A stretch of 63,639 nucleotides of DNA, counting the filler, from a bacterium (GTDB lineage Bacteria; JBBIVP01): assembly GCA_037439705.1 (NCBI GenBank). It is 4 parts of 4 records of this genome, joined end to end, with 100 filler letters (N's around TTAATTAATTAA, not from the genome) between each part and the next. Parts side by side here need not be neighbours in the genome. Positions count along the whole stretch, not along the records: positions 1 to 16,565 come from JBBIVP010000024.1; positions 16,666 to 32,367 come from JBBIVP010000025.1; 2 more parts are not named here. One strand, 5' to 3'. A program made the position numbers and the translations under genes. The notes under the pieces are model-generated. The model saw only the letters and a program-made list of their open reading frames with translations, was not told the DNA's origin and did no database searches. Of the stretch, positions 8,320 through 19,068 are shown piece by piece. Position 1 is the first letter of the stretch; every line of letters begins with the position of its first letter.

Positions 8320-9525
8320 ATGGGAATAGATGAAAAAACTCTCTTAAGGGAGATTGAGGTACACAAAAAAGCGCTTAAAAAGGACCCCGCCTCAAAGGAA
8401 TTTTTACCACTTGCAGAAGCGTTGAGAAAGTTGAAAAGATATGATGAGGCAATTGATGTCTGCAAAAAGGGTCTTGAAAAAAATCCGAAATATATAACAG
8501 GCTATATAGCCCTTATAAAAATCTACCTTGATGCAGGAAAAATTGAAAACGCTCTTGAAGAGGCTGAAAAGTCTTTAAAACTTGCTCCAGATAATACCAC
8601 TCTGTTGAGGTTGAAGGGAGAAACAGAAATAAAACTTGGAAGGAAGGAATTAGCCCTTAAAACCCTTGAAAGATGCTATGAATTATCGCCCGATGAACCA
8701 GGTCTTGAAACCCTGATAAAAAACTTGAAAGAAGAGATTTACAAATCTGAAACGAAAACCGAAGAAGTTAAAGAAGAAACTCTTAAAACAGAGGAGGAGA
8801 AAATAGAAGAACCACCCAAATCAGTTGAAATGGAAGAATTTGAAGAAAAAATTAGAGAAACCGAAGAGGTAGTAGAAAAAGAGTATGAAGAGAGGGAGGA
8901 AATAAAAGAAAAACTCGAGGAAATGCCTCCAGAAATTGAAGGGGAAGAGGTTATTTCTGAAGAACCCAAATCAGTTGAAGCAGAAGAATTTGAAGAAAAA
9001 ATAAGAAAAACCGAAGAAGTAATAGAAACAGAAGAAGTTGGGCTGACAGAAGGAATACATGAAGAACCAGAAACACTTCCTGAAACTGAACAGAAAGAAT
9101 TAGAATCCGAAGAGGTCATTGAAATAGAAGAAACAGGAATTGAACTGACTGAAGAAACACATGAAGAAACAAAACCTTTAGAAAAAGAAGTACAACATGT
9201 AGAAATAAAGTCTCCAGAAATTCGTTCCACTCGTCCCATTCAGGAACCTCCCATAGTCATAAAAGAAATTAAAAAAAGATTTGACATCCAGGAGGCTATT
9301 GGTTTCGCTCTTGCTATGGAAAAAGAAGGAAATCTGAAATATGCCATCCAGCTCTGGATGGATGTTTTGAAGCACGAACCCTCAAATATAGAAGCAAAAA
9401 GAAAAATTGCCGAATTGAGAAGGAAAATCTGGAAGGAAAAAGAAGAGGAGAAAAAGAAGGAAATTCCCATGGATAACTTGAGATTGCTTGCAAAATGGAT
9501 AAAAAAGATAAAAGAAGGAGGCTGA
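8320..9525 (+). CDS. Tetratricopeptide repeat protein with acidic repetitive linker
   Basis: N-terminal TPR helices (FLPLAEALRK...GLEKNPKY), Glu-rich central region, C-terminal TPR. Confidence 0.85.
   Translation: MGIDEKTLLREIEVHKKALKKDPASKEFLPLAEALRKLKRYDEAIDVCKKGLEKNPKYITGYIALIKIYLDAGKIENALEEAEKSLKLAPDNTTLLRLKGETEIKLGRKELALKTLERCYELSPDEPGLETLIKNLKEEIYKSETKTEEVKEETLKTEEEKIEEPPKSVEMEEFEEKIRETEEVVEKEYEEREEIKEKLEEMPPEIEGEEVISEEPKSVEAEEFEEKIRKTEEVIETEEVGLTEGIHEEPETLPETEQKELESEEVIEIEETGIELTEETHEETKPLEKEVQHVEIKSPEIRSTRPIQEPPIVIKEIKKRFDIQEAIGFALAMEKEGNLKYAIQLWMDVLKHEPSNIEAKRKIAELRRKIWKEKEEEKKKEIPMDNLRLLAKWIKKIKEGG
8815..9168 (+). repeat. Intragenic imperfect duplications in the TPR protein linker
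   Basis: CCCAAATCAGTTGAA...GAAGAATTTGAAGAAAAAAT at 8815 and 8965 (PKSVE-x-EEFEEKIR-x-TEEV twice); second pair LTE-x-x-HEE near 9022-9066 and 9124-9168. Confidence 0.8.
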
Positions 9526-9526
9526 T

Positions 9527-9880
9527 GTGTTTAAAGAGATTCTTGAAGAGATAGTAAAGAGATGCGAAGGAATAAAAGGGATTACTCTTATGGGAATTGA
9601 TGGAATAGGAATTGAAAATGTAGTAGGGGACGAGTCTGTAGATATAGAAAAGATGGGAATTGAAATGAGCGGATTCATAAGAAAGGTAACAGAATTTTCA
9701 TCTTACATAAACTCTGGAGACATAAATGAATTCCACCTTTTCTTCTCAGGCTACACAATCCTTATAAAAATGATAGGAACAGGATATTTCCTGATGGCAG
9801 TTCTTTCCCCGGAAGGGAACTTTGGAAAAGCTAGGTACTACCTCAAAAGAGGAGCGGAACTCGTAGAAAAGGAATTATGA
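9527..9880 (+). CDS. Roadblock/LC7 (MglB-like) domain protein
   Basis: LMGIDGIGIE and LSPEGNFGKARYYL motifs; conserved position upstream of aroQ in deltaproteobacteria. Confidence 0.85.
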   Translation: MFKEILEEIVKRCEGIKGITLMGIDGIGIENVVGDESVDIEKMGIEMSGFIRKVTEFSSYINSGDINEFHLFFSGYTILIKMIGTGYFLMAVLSPEGNFGKARYYLKRGAELVEKEL

Positions 9881-10302
9881 AAAAAATACTCGTCATAAAC
9901 GGTCCAAATCTTAACATGCTCGGTAAAAGGGAAAAGGAGCATTATGGAAACTTCACACTGAAAGACCTTGAAGAAAATGTAAAAAAGTATGCAGAGGAAA
10001 GAAAAGTAAAGGTGGACTTTTTCCAGAGCAATTCGGAAGGTGAAATAGTATCAAAAATTCAATCCGTCCTTGGTAAATACGATGGAATAATCATAAATCC
10101 AGGCGCTTACACTCATACAAGCATTGCCATCAGAGATGCACTTTTAGCAACAGGAATTCCATTCATTGAAGTTCACATTTCAAACATATTTGCCAGGGAA
10201 GAGTTCAGAAGGAGGTCCTATCTGTCAGATATTGCAAAAGGAGTGATTTCAGGTCTCGGCATGAAAGGGTATATCCTTGCCCTCCAGGCATTCCTTGACT
10301 GA
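9877..10302 (+). CDS. aroQ: Type II 3-dehydroquinate dehydratase
   Basis: INGPNLNMLGKRE, QSNSEG, INPGAYTHTS, EVHISN. Confidence 0.97.
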   Translation: MKKILVINGPNLNMLGKREKEHYGNFTLKDLEENVKKYAEERKVKVDFFQSNSEGEIVSKIQSVLGKYDGIIINPGAYTHTSIAIRDALLATGIPFIEVHISNIFAREEFRRRSYLSDIAKGVISGLGMKGYILALQAFLD

Positions 10303-10310
10303 AAATTGAG

Positions 10311-11393
10311 ATGAAAAATAAATCCCGGAAAGAAAAACGCAAAGAAGCTCTTGCTGAATTATTAAATGACGATTCATGTCTCTTCATAAAAAATCCGGCA
10401 AACATCCGATATCTCACGGGTTTCACAGGAACGAACGGGTTAATTTATATGGAGAAGGATACTGCCTTATTAATCTCGGACCCGAGATACGGAGAAAGAT
10501 GTTATAAGGAAGTAAAAAATTTTGAAGTATTAATCACTGCAAACCCGTTTCATGAGATTCTGAATAGATGTGCTTCAAAAAAAACAATTTTTGTTGAGTA
10601 TCCCGATTTATCAATCTCAGAGTTAACCAGGATAAAGGAACTTTCAAAAGATATTGAAGTGAAGGATGTCTCCCATATCATTATGAAATTTCGGGCACAG
10701 AAAGATGAGGAGGAAATAAAATGGATAAAGGAATCATCAAAAATAAACAAAAGGGCTTTTGAGAAATTTCTTGATTTTATAATAAAAAATATCGGGAAAA
10801 TTACTGAAATGGATGCTGCTGTGGAGCTTGAATACATTATGAGAAAAGAAGGCTCCGAAAGACCCTATTTTCCCGTAATAGTGGCATCAGGAGAAAGAGC
10901 ATCAGTTCCGCACGCAAAGCCATCAGACAATAAAATAAATTACGGAAATGGAATCCTTATAGATTTTGGAAGTGTAAAAGAAGGATATTCAACGGATGAA
11001 ACTGTATCCATTTTTGCAGGAAAAGTTGATGAAGAATATAGAAGGGTCTGGGAAATTCTGAGGGATGCTAAAAAGATAGCTATTGAATCCATAAAAATTG
11101 GTGAGAACATGGCATCGCCTGAAAAAAGGGCAAGGGAATTTTTATCAAAATTTGGTCTGGAGAAATTCTTCGTTCACTCCATAGGACACGGAATAGGACT
11201 TGAAGTTCACGAATATCCGAAACTTTCAAACTCATCTAATGAGATATTTGAAGAGGGTATGATTTTCACCATTGAGCCAGGGATATATATAAATGGAAAA
11301 TTTGGAATAAGACTTGAAGATGTGGTTTACCTCTCTTCCCACGGAATTGAGGTATTAACAGAAATAAAAAAGGAGGAAATTCTCTGTGTCTGA
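10311..11393 (+). CDS. Xaa-Pro aminopeptidase/dipeptidase (M24B)
   Basis: Creatinase-N [40 protein letters not shown]. Confidence 0.93.
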   Translation: MKNKSRKEKRKEALAELLNDDSCLFIKNPANIRYLTGFTGTNGLIYMEKDTALLISDPRYGERCYKEVKNFEVLITANPFHEILNRCASKKTIFVEYPDLSISELTRIKELSKDIEVKDVSHIIMKFRAQKDEEEIKWIKESSKINKRAFEKFLDFIIKNIGKITEMDAAVELEYIMRKEGSERPYFPVIVASGERASVPHAKPSDNKINYGNGILIDFGSVKEGYSTDETVSIFAGKVDEEYRRVWEILRDAKKIAIESIKIGENMASPEKRAREFLSKFGLEKFFVHSIGHGIGLEVHEYPKLSNSSNEIFEEGMIFTIEPGIYINGKFGIRLEDVVYLSSHGIEVLTEIKKEEILCV

Positions 11394-11796
11394 AAAAATA
11401 AAACTTCTTGAGGAATTAATAAAAATGGCTGAAAGGTTTGACCTCCTTGAACTTGAATTTCAAGAAGGAGACACAAGGTTAAGAATAAAAAGGAGAACGA
11501 TAAGGGAAAGGGAAGAAAAAAAGAAAAAGGAGCTTCCGGCTGGAACCCGTGCAATAGTTTCTCCTTTTGTTGGAACATTTTACAGAGCTCCATCTCCGGG
11601 TGCCCCTCCTTTTGTAAATGTGGGGGACAGGATACAAAAAGGACAGGTTTTATGCATAATTGAATCAATGAAAATTATGAACGAAGTTGAATCGGATGTA
11701 GATGGTAAAATTCTTTCAATTCTTGTTGAAGATGGAGAAACGGTGGAGTACGGTCAGGAACTTTTTATCATTCAATTAGAAATAGAGAATGTTTGA
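11386..11796 (+). CDS. accB: Acetyl-CoA carboxylase biotin carboxyl carrier protein
   Basis: [13 protein letters not shown] and biotinylation motif ESMKIMNE. Confidence 0.96.
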   Translation: MSEKIKLLEELIKMAERFDLLELEFQEGDTRLRIKRRTIREREEKKKKELPAGTRAIVSPFVGTFYRAPSPGAPPFVNVGDRIQKGQVLCIIESMKIMNEVESDVDGKILSILVEDGETVEYGQELFIIQLEIENV

Positions 11797-13126
11797 AAAG
11801 GTTCTGGTAGCGAACAGAGGAGAAATAGCATTAAGAATAATAAGAACCCTGAAGGAAATGGGTATAAAATCAGTGGCGGTTTATTCAACTGCAGACAGAT
11901 ATTCACCTCATGTATTGATGGCTGATGAAAAGGTCTGTATAGGTCCACCGCCTCCAGCAAAGAGCTACATGAACATCCCATCCATTATAAGTGCTGCGGA
12001 AATAACCGAGGCAGATGCGATTCATCCCGGTTATGGATTTCTTTCTGAAAATCCTGACTTCGCAAGGATTGTGGAGGAATGCGGAATAAAATTTATAGGT
12101 GCTACACCTGAAACAATGAGAATTGCTGGAGATAAAATCGCATCAAAAATTATGGCAAAAAGTCTGGGTATCCCTGTTCCTCCCGGAAGCGAGGAGGTTC
12201 AGGATATGAAGGAACTGAAAAGAGCTGTTGAAGTTTTAGGACTTCCTGTCATTTTGAAGGCCTCATTAGGAGGGGGCGGAAGAGGTATGAGGAGCATCTA
12301 CATGGAAGAAGAAATGGAATCCGCATTTGAAATGGCAATGAAAGAAGCAGAAACTTCGTTTAACAGCAAGAGGATTTATGTGGAAAAATTTTTTGAAAAT
12401 GTAAAACATGCGGAAGTCCAGATAATAGGGGATGGAAATGGAAATGTGGTTCATTTTGGAACAAGGAATTGCTCAATCCAGAGGAGACATCAGAAGGTTA
12501 TTGAAGAGGCCCCCTTTCTCGGACCTCCTGAAATAGTTAAAAAAATAGAAAACGATGCGGTTAAACTAACTTCCCATCTGAAGTACAGAGGTGCCGGAAC
12601 AGTGGAGTTTCTGTTTGTCCCTCCTGACAGGTATTATTTCATTGAAATAAATGCAAGAATACAGGTTGAACATCCTGTATCAGAGGAAATAACGGGATTT
12701 GACCTTATAAAGGAACAGATACGAACTGTGGCTGATGGAAAACTTTACCTTAAACAAAAAGAGATAAAAATCTATGGTCACAGTATAGAGGTAAGAATAA
12801 ATGCTGAAGATCCGGAAACATTTCATCCGGCAACCGGCGTAATAAAGAAAATCCACCTTCCGGGAGGACCTGGCGTAAGAATTGATTCCGGGGTAATAGA
12901 AGGGAATGAAATCACCCCGAATTATGACCCTCTCCTTTTGAAACTAATTGTTTGTGGAAGGGATAGAAACGAAGCAATTTTAAGGCTCAGAAGAACTCTT
13001 TCAGAGATTGTGATTGAAGGAGTAAAGACAAATATCCCTCTTCTTAAAAGGATAATTGAGGATGGAGACTTTCTCAAAGGAAATGTTACCACAAAATTTA
13101 TGAAAAAGTATGAAAGAATTGGATAG
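11789..13126 (+). CDS. accC: Biotin carboxylase
   Basis: [44 protein letters not shown]. Confidence 0.97.
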   Translation: MFEKVLVANRGEIALRIIRTLKEMGIKSVAVYSTADRYSPHVLMADEKVCIGPPPPAKSYMNIPSIISAAEITEADAIHPGYGFLSENPDFARIVEECGIKFIGATPETMRIAGDKIASKIMAKSLGIPVPPGSEEVQDMKELKRAVEVLGLPVILKASLGGGGRGMRSIYMEEEMESAFEMAMKEAETSFNSKRIYVEKFFENVKHAEVQIIGDGNGNVVHFGTRNCSIQRRHQKVIEEAPFLGPPEIVKKIENDAVKLTSHLKYRGAGTVEFLFVPPDRYYFIEINARIQVEHPVSEEITGFDLIKEQIRTVADGKLYLKQKEIKIYGHSIEVRINAEDPETFHPATGVIKKIHLPGGPGVRIDSGVIEGNEITPNYDPLLLKLIVCGRDRNEAILRLRRTLSEIVIEGVKTNIPLLKRIIEDGDFLKGNVTTKFMKKYERIG

Positions 13127-13709
13127 AAGGATATTCGTTTTTCCTTTCTCAGTTAGAAGTGCAAAATTCAACATGGAAATGGACATAAAGTTTTTTAACG
13201 ATTTTTTCAAAGAAAGAACTGGCTTGAGAATTTATGGCTGGAGTGAAAGATGCATAACTTTTGGAAGAAATCAAAAAATCCCTCAAACCAGCCTTCCATC
13301 AGTAAAAAGACCCACAGGAGGTGGAATCGTTGTCCATTCCACTGATATATCTTTCAGTTTCTTCATAAACCCCTCCTCTCCTCTGTGGCGTCCTTCAGTT
13401 CATTCAACATACCTTGAAATATCTGAACTTATAAAAGAATCCCTGAGAAGAAAAGGATATCAAGTTGATTATCCTCGTGAAATTCACCATAATAGGGAAA
13501 GAAGGGAGATGTGTTTTGAAAGGGCTGAACCCCACGAACTCGTTCTTGATGGAAGGAAGGTAATGGGATGTGCACTTCTCAAAAATGGAAAGAGATACCT
13601 TGCCCAGGGAACAATTTTTCTTTCTGTATCAGGGGAAAAACTTGAAAAGGTTTTAACCAATGTATTGAAGGAAAAGGGATTTGAGATACATATTTTAACA
13701 GAAACATGA
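13110..13709 (+). CDS. Lipoate-protein ligase/octanoyltransferase family protein (LplA/LipM-like)
   Basis: LRIYGW, RPTGGGIVVH and GRKVMG motifs. Confidence 0.8.
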   Translation: MKELDRRIFVFPFSVRSAKFNMEMDIKFFNDFFKERTGLRIYGWSERCITFGRNQKIPQTSLPSVKRPTGGGIVVHSTDISFSFFINPSSPLWRPSVHSTYLEISELIKESLRRKGYQVDYPREIHHNRERREMCFERAEPHELVLDGRKVMGCALLKNGKRYLAQGTIFLSVSGEKLEKVLTNVLKEKGFEIHILTET

Positions 13710-14650
13710 AAACAAGAATAACTGAACTTTTCGGAATAAAGTATCCAATAATCCAGGGAGCAATGGCATGGGTCTCATTCCCTCCACTGGTGGCTGCTGT
13801 GTCAGAAGCGGGTGGCCTCGGGATTCTCGGCGGAACCATCTTTGACCCTCCAACAATGAAGGAAAACATTCGGAAGGTGAAAGAGCTCACAAACAAGCCA
13901 TTCGGCGTAAACATACTTGCAAAATCTCCCATAGTTGACGACCTTCTTGATGTAATTATTGAAGAAGAAGTGGAAGTTGTAACCTACGGACTCGGAAATC
14001 CAAAGCACATAATAGAAAGGTTAAAACCCACAGGAATAAAATCAATGCCTGTTGTTCCAACAGTAAAAGCCGCAGTTAGAGCAGAAGAGGATGGAGCAGA
14101 TGCAGTTGTAGTTTCTGGAATGGAAGGTGGCGGACATGTCGGAAGCCTCACCACTTTCATCCTCATTCCACAGGTGAGAGACAGGGTAAAAATTCCTGTA
14201 GTTGCTGCAGGAGGAATAGGTGATGGAAGGGGGCTTGCTGCTGCTCTGATCCTTGGAGCCGACGGAGTTCAGGTAGGAACAAGATTTATATGCACAAAGG
14301 AATGCCCTGCTCATGAAAATGCAAAAAGAGCAATTATTTCTGCCAGTGCAGAAGATACATTGGTAACCGGAAATATTACAGGACTCCCTGTAAGGGCATT
14401 GAGAAACAGAATGACAGAAACATTTGCAAAAATGGAAGAAATGAAAAGACCTGCGTGGGAGATGGCTCTTTTTGGTTCAGGAAAGATGTATAAGGCATTT
14501 GTGGAAGGAGATGTAGAAGATGGCTCTGTTATGGCTGGGCAAATATGCGGAATGATAAACGACATTCCATCGGTAAAGGAACTAATTGAAAGAATGGTAA
14601 AAGAATCTGAAGAAGCTCTTGAAGGTATAAAGGGTATATTTGCAAAGTAA
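13706..14650 (+). CDS. fabK: FabK-type enoyl-ACP reductase / nitronate monooxygenase family flavoprotein
   Basis: YPIIQGAMAW, SEAGGLG, PFGVN, EGGGH, AAGGIGDGRG, GTRF, MAGQ; located in the acc operon. Confidence 0.85.
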   Translation: MKTRITELFGIKYPIIQGAMAWVSFPPLVAAVSEAGGLGILGGTIFDPPTMKENIRKVKELTNKPFGVNILAKSPIVDDLLDVIIEEEVEVVTYGLGNPKHIIERLKPTGIKSMPVVPTVKAAVRAEEDGADAVVVSGMEGGGHVGSLTTFILIPQVRDRVKIPVVAAGGIGDGRGLAAALILGADGVQVGTRFICTKECPAHENAKRAIISASAEDTLVTGNITGLPVRALRNRMTETFAKMEEMKRPAWEMALFGSGKMYKAFVEGDVEDGSVMAGQICGMINDIPSVKELIERMVKESEEALEGIKGIFAK

Positions 14651-14668
14651 ATATTTTTGAAGTAAAAT
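14640..14668 (+). promoter_or_regulatory. Putative sigma70 promoter, leaderless
   Basis: TTGCAA (14640-14645), 17 nt, TAAAAT (14663-14668), 7 nt before ATG 14676. Confidence 0.55.
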
Positions 14669-14675
14669 TTTAAAA

Positions 14676-16565
14676 ATGACTAAAAAAATTCTGATTGTGG
14701 ATGGAGAGAAAGATTTCGTTCGCTCCTTAGAGGAGGTTCTTTCAAATTTTGAGGTTGAACTGAGGGTTATGGGTGGGGTGGAATCTTTCAATCTCATTTA
14801 TGGGAAGGAAAAATTTGACCTTTACATAATTTCTGTTGAACTGCCGGATGGAAACGGTTTTTCACTCTGCAAGAAAATTAAAGAAAATCCGGTCATGAAA
14901 AACCCTGTGATCATTCTCGCTACTCCAAAAAATGCTGAAAGTGTGAGAAAGCATCAGACAATCGCAGGAGCAAAAGCAGATGCCTACTTCATCAAACCCA
15001 TAAATCCAAAAGAGTTTATAGGATATATGGAAGAAATAATGAGAAGCCCCCTTAAAAAGAAAAAAATGGAACCCGTTTTGGAAGAGGTTCCTTTGAGGAT
15101 TCAGGAAAAAAAACCGGTTGAGGAAGTTCGCACTCCATCAGTGAAAGAAGAAATTCTTCTTGAAAAAGAACTTCTTGAAAGGGAAGTAAAGGCTTTGAGG
15201 GAAAACATTGAGGTTTTAAAAAACCGTACCTCATCCCTCATCAGGGAAAGGGATGAATTAAAAGAGAAGGTTGAGATTGCAATAAAGGAAAGAGACAGGT
15301 TAAGAGAAAGGGTTGAATCTCAGGAAAGGGAAAATATGAAATTTAAAAGTATGCTTTCAGAATATGAAAAAAACATAAATTTTTATAAAGAAAAGGTTGT
15401 CTCTATTGAAATAAAACTCAGGGAATATGAGGAAACAAATTCTTTATATCAAAAAAAATTAAAAGAGATAGAAGAAGAGGTTTCATATTATAAAAGAAGA
15501 AATGAAGAGATAGAAAAAAGGGCAAGAGAATTGGAAGGTGAACTAACTTTTTACAAAAAGAAGGTTGAGGCATCAGAGTTAAGGCTGAAGGATATGGAAA
15601 AAGAAATTGCAAGTTTGAAAGAAATGATTGAAGAAAAGGAAAAAGAAAGGAGAATTGCGCTGGAACAGATGGAAAAGATGAAAAGCATGGCGTCCGAATT
15701 GAAAGGAGAAATTTCTAAAAAGGAACTGGAAATTGAAAACCTTCGGAAAAGTTTTTCAGACATTAATGAAGGAGTCAGAATAAGAGACAAAAAAATATCA
15801 GAACTTGAAGCTGAATTATCAAGGCTGAAAGACGAAAAAAATAAGGTTGAAAAAATCCTTGGGGATTTAAGAAAGAAAAACGAGGAATATGAAGCAAAAA
15901 TAATTGAGTTCCAGAGAGAAATGGAAAAGAGAAAAGTTGTTCATGATGAAGAAATTAAACCTGTGGAAGGGATTGAGGGACCATTGAAAATAGAAGAAAG
16001 AAAAATAGAGGAAGAAAAAATTGAAGAGGAAATTGAAATTCCTGTTGCCGAAGTAAGTGAGGATGAGGACATTACAAGGGTTATAGATGACTTCTTTACA
16101 GAGACAGAATTATCGCCTTTAAAATCTTTTGAAAATTCCCTTGATTTTATGATTGAGTCCGCCAGAGAGGAACTTTCTTCCTTAACAACATCACAGGAAA
16201 AAATCGTTCAGAAGATTGTAAAACTTGTGGATATATATAATTTTCTATTCAGATACATTTTTGACAAAATCCGTATGGATGCTCAGAATGCGGACCCGCA
16301 GAAGATATTTAACGATTATTTCACAGACCTTTCTGAAGAAGCGATTGCTGTTTTTGGAAATGTGAGGTTTAATGAGAAAGGTGAACTTGATTCTTTTGAA
16401 TTGGGAAGAAATGTTATTAAATTTGTAAAGGATATGAGCATACCAAAATCAGAAATGGATTCTACCGCAGTTTCCATTGTAAGCAATGCTATGAACGGAC
16501 TCATAGATTTTATGAAATTTATCTCTGGTGAGCATTTACCAGATGCAGAGATTGAAGATATAAAA
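14676..16565 (+). CDS. Atypical receiver-domain + long coiled-coil protein (FrzS/AglZ-like architecture), 3' truncated by contig end
   Basis: REC fold (ILIVDGE, FDLYIISVELPDGNG, YFIKP) with Ser at the phospho-Asp site, a long heptad-rich coiled coil, then a helical C-terminal domain. Confidence 0.8.
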
Positions 16566-16665
16566 NNNNNNNNNNNNNNNNNNNNNNNNNNNNNNNNNNN
16601 NNNNNNNNNTTAATTAATTAANNNNNNNNNNNNNNNNNNNNNNNNNNNNNNNNNNNNNNNNNNNN
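16566..16665. other. Artificial contig linker (N-TTAATTAATTAA-N)
   Basis: All-frame stop linker at 16610-16621 flanked by N runs. Confidence 0.97.
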
Positions 16666-16666
16666 C

Positions 16667-17302
16667 GACCCGATAAATTATGCGGTTCATTATAACAATT
16701 ACTCCGAAGGAATTTGGTCAAATTACCCGCTCGAAGGACTCGGTCCAAGGAATGTTCTCATTCAGATTTCCATAGGGGATAAAACCGTTCCAACTGCCAC
16801 GGGCATTTCCCTTGGAAGGGCTGCAGGATTTATAAGCCTTGAAAGAAACAAAAAGGCTGTCGAGGAGGGAATACTTCTCGGACTATTCCCGCCCTTTAAA
16901 AACTTTGACATAATTTATCCTCCTGAAGACCCAATTCCTAACTCCGGTTTGAGGCTTCACCTTTCAGGAAAATTTTCAGGAAGGCATGAATATCTTGCAG
17001 TTCCAATTTATGAAGAAGATACAGGAGTGGATGGAATCCTTTCAGTTCATGAAAAGGGATATGAGCCTGTGAAAAATCCTGACCCCAATGGAGATGACTA
17101 CTGTCCGGAAAAAGGAAAATATGGGACAGAAGGGGATGGTATTCTTCAGGAAGAAGAGGATAAGAACAATAACGGAACACTTGAAATAAACTGGCAAAAG
17201 GCGGGGCAGATGCAGGCAATTCTTTTCTTTTTGGAAGGAAAGATATATACTGGAATAACTCCTGAAGAGGTAAGAAAGTTAAAGGAGAATCCATGTCAGT
17301 GA
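16667..17302 (+). CDS. 3' part of a protein, probably an alpha/beta-hydrolase-fold exported protein (5' truncated)
   Basis: Frame open from the contig edge: DPINYAVHY...RNVLIQISIGDKTVPTATGISLGRAAG, continuing into ORF 16949-17302 (GRHEYL). The GD-x-x-VP and distal His pattern resemble hydrolase C-termini. Confidence 0.6.
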   Translation, partial: DPINYAVHYNNYSEGIWSNYPLEGLGPRNVLIQISIGDKTVPTATGISLGRAAGFISLERNKKAVEEGILLGLFPPFKNFDIIYPPEDPIPNSGLRLHLSGKFSGRHEYLAVPIYEEDTGVDGILSVHEKGYEPVKNPDPNGDDYCPEKGKYGTEGDGILQEEEDKNNNGTLEINWQKAGQMQAILFFLEGKIYTGITPEEVRKLKENPCQ

Positions 17303-17823
17303 TGAATTTTATTTTCATACTTTTTTTACTTACCCCCTTAGAAACCATTAAAGAGAAAAATTCTTTTCTTGAAGAGGCTGCAAAGAACAACTCAAACGAG
17401 ATGGCTGAAAAGATAATTGAAGAGATGATTGATTTTGATGAGATGGCAAAAAATGTTCTCGGAAAGAATTCAAGTAAATTTACATCCCTTCAGCGCGGAA
17501 GGTTTTTCAAATTATTTAAAGAACTCTTAAAGAGGTCTTCAATAAAAAAGATATCCTCCTATCATGCAGACAGGATTGATTTTTTGAGGGAAGAGGAGAA
17601 AAACGGAAAGGCATTTGTTTACACTGCTGTATACAAAGGGAAAGAAAAGATGGATGTTGTCTATGTGATGAAAAAGAAAGAAGAGGAATGGAAGGTAGTT
17701 GACATAATTATAGATCAGACATCAATTACAAAAAATTTCAACTCCCAGTATACGAATATAATAAACAAAGAAGGTGTTGAGGCACTGCTCAAAAGAATGG
17801 AAAAAAAACTTAAAGAGGAATGA
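17293..17823 (+). CDS. mlaC: MlaC/Ttg2D family phospholipid-binding periplasmic protein
   Basis: Signal peptide, IDFDEMAKNVLG, WKVVDIII..SI..NF.SQY..II...G...LL. Confidence 0.85.
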   Translation: MSVMNFIFILFLLTPLETIKEKNSFLEEAAKNNSNEMAEKIIEEMIDFDEMAKNVLGKNSSKFTSLQRGRFFKLFKELLKRSSIKKISSYHADRIDFLREEEKNGKAFVYTAVYKGKEKMDVVYVMKKKEEEWKVVDIIIDQTSITKNFNSQYTNIINKEGVEALLKRMEKKLKEE

Positions 17824-18983
17824 TGGCTCCGGACTTCCTGCTCATGGATGAACTTTACAGTGAAGAAGAAAAGCTTGCAAGGGAGGAGACAAGAAAATTC
17901 GTGGAAAGAAGGTTTAAACCCTTAATCAGAGAGTGTTTCCGGGAGGGAAGGTTTCCGATGGAGATTGTGGAAGAACTTGGAAGCCTCGGAGTATTTGGTT
18001 CATACATAAAGGGATACGGATGTGCAGGAACAAATTTTACAACATACGGACTGATGATGGAAGAACTTGAAAGGGGAGATTCCGGCTTGAGGAGTTTTGC
18101 CTCTGTTCAGGGTTCTTTGACCATGGGAGCAATTTATTATTTTGGCTCGGAAGAACAGAAGAAATACTGGCTTTCCCTTCTTGCATCTGGCAAGAAAATC
18201 GGAGCCTTTGCCCTTACAGAACCCGATTTTGGTTCAAACCCTGCGGGAATGAAGACAAGGGCAATAAAGGATGGAAAAACTTATTTAATAAATGGCTCAA
18301 AGATGTGGATCACAAACGGACACATTGCAGATGTGGTGGTAGTTTGGGCAAAAACGGGAGATTCCCCGCAAAGCATAAGGGGATTTCTTGTAGAAAAGGG
18401 AACAAAGGGATTTGAGGGAAAAGAAATAAAAGATAAGATATCCTTCAGGGCTTCCATAACATCAGAGTTATTTTTTGATGAATGCAGAATCCCTGAAGAG
18501 AACTTACTTCCAAAAACAGAGGGATTGAAATCAGCACTCACCTGTCTGAACAATGCAAGGTTCAGCATAGCATATGGAGTAATAGGAGCAATGAGGGATT
18601 GCTATGAGGAAGCGTTAAAATATTCCCTTGAAAGGAGACAATTTGAGTGCCCTATAGCAGGGCATCAACTGGTTCAGGAAAAACTTGTCTTTATGCTTAC
18701 GGAGATGACAAAGGCAAAACTTTTAGCATACAGGGTTGGAAGGCTGATGGACGAAGGGAAGGCAAAACACTATCACATTTCAATGGCGAAAATGAACAAT
18801 GTGAAGTCAGCCCTTGATGTAGCAAGAACTGCAAGGGACATTCTCGGAGCAGCCGGCATAACCCTTGACCATTCAGTTGTGAGACATCTCGTCAATCTTG
18901 AAACTGTTTTCACATACGAGGGAACCCACAACATTCACACCCTTGTCCTCGGCCGAGAAATTACAGGACTTTCAGCATTTTGA
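17820..18983 (+). CDS. gcdH: Glutaryl-CoA dehydrogenase-like acyl-CoA dehydrogenase
   Basis: ELERGDSGLRSFASVQGSL, FALTEPDFGSNP, GSKMWITNG, NLETVFTYEGTHNIH. Confidence 0.88.
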   Translation: MMAPDFLLMDELYSEEEKLAREETRKFVERRFKPLIRECFREGRFPMEIVEELGSLGVFGSYIKGYGCAGTNFTTYGLMMEELERGDSGLRSFASVQGSLTMGAIYYFGSEEQKKYWLSLLASGKKIGAFALTEPDFGSNPAGMKTRAIKDGKTYLINGSKMWITNGHIADVVVVWAKTGDSPQSIRGFLVEKGTKGFEGKEIKDKISFRASITSELFFDECRIPEENLLPKTEGLKSALTCLNNARFSIAYGVIGAMRDCYEEALKYSLERRQFECPIAGHQLVQEKLVFMLTEMTKAKLLAYRVGRLMDEGKAKHYHISMAKMNNVKSALDVARTARDILGAAGITLDHSVVRHLVNLETVFTYEGTHNIHTLVLGREITGLSAF

Positions 18984-19068
18984 AAAAAATTTAGTGTACA
19001 CATTATTGTAAGAGGCTATGGTCATAATTTAAATTTTTGCCATTGAATTTTTAATTACATTCTGATAG

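Noticed and set aside
8739-9470. Ser/Phe-rich antisense ORFs here and opposite many other genes (e.g. 21643-22269, 43614-44138, 49666-50175)
   Set aside because: Shadow frames of well-supported genes caused by Glu/Lys-rich codon bias; no motifs.
16566-16665. TTAATTAATTAA palindromes within N runs (also 32412-32423 and 48055-48066)
   Set aside because: Artificial contig-joining linker; gene adjacency across these points is not biological.
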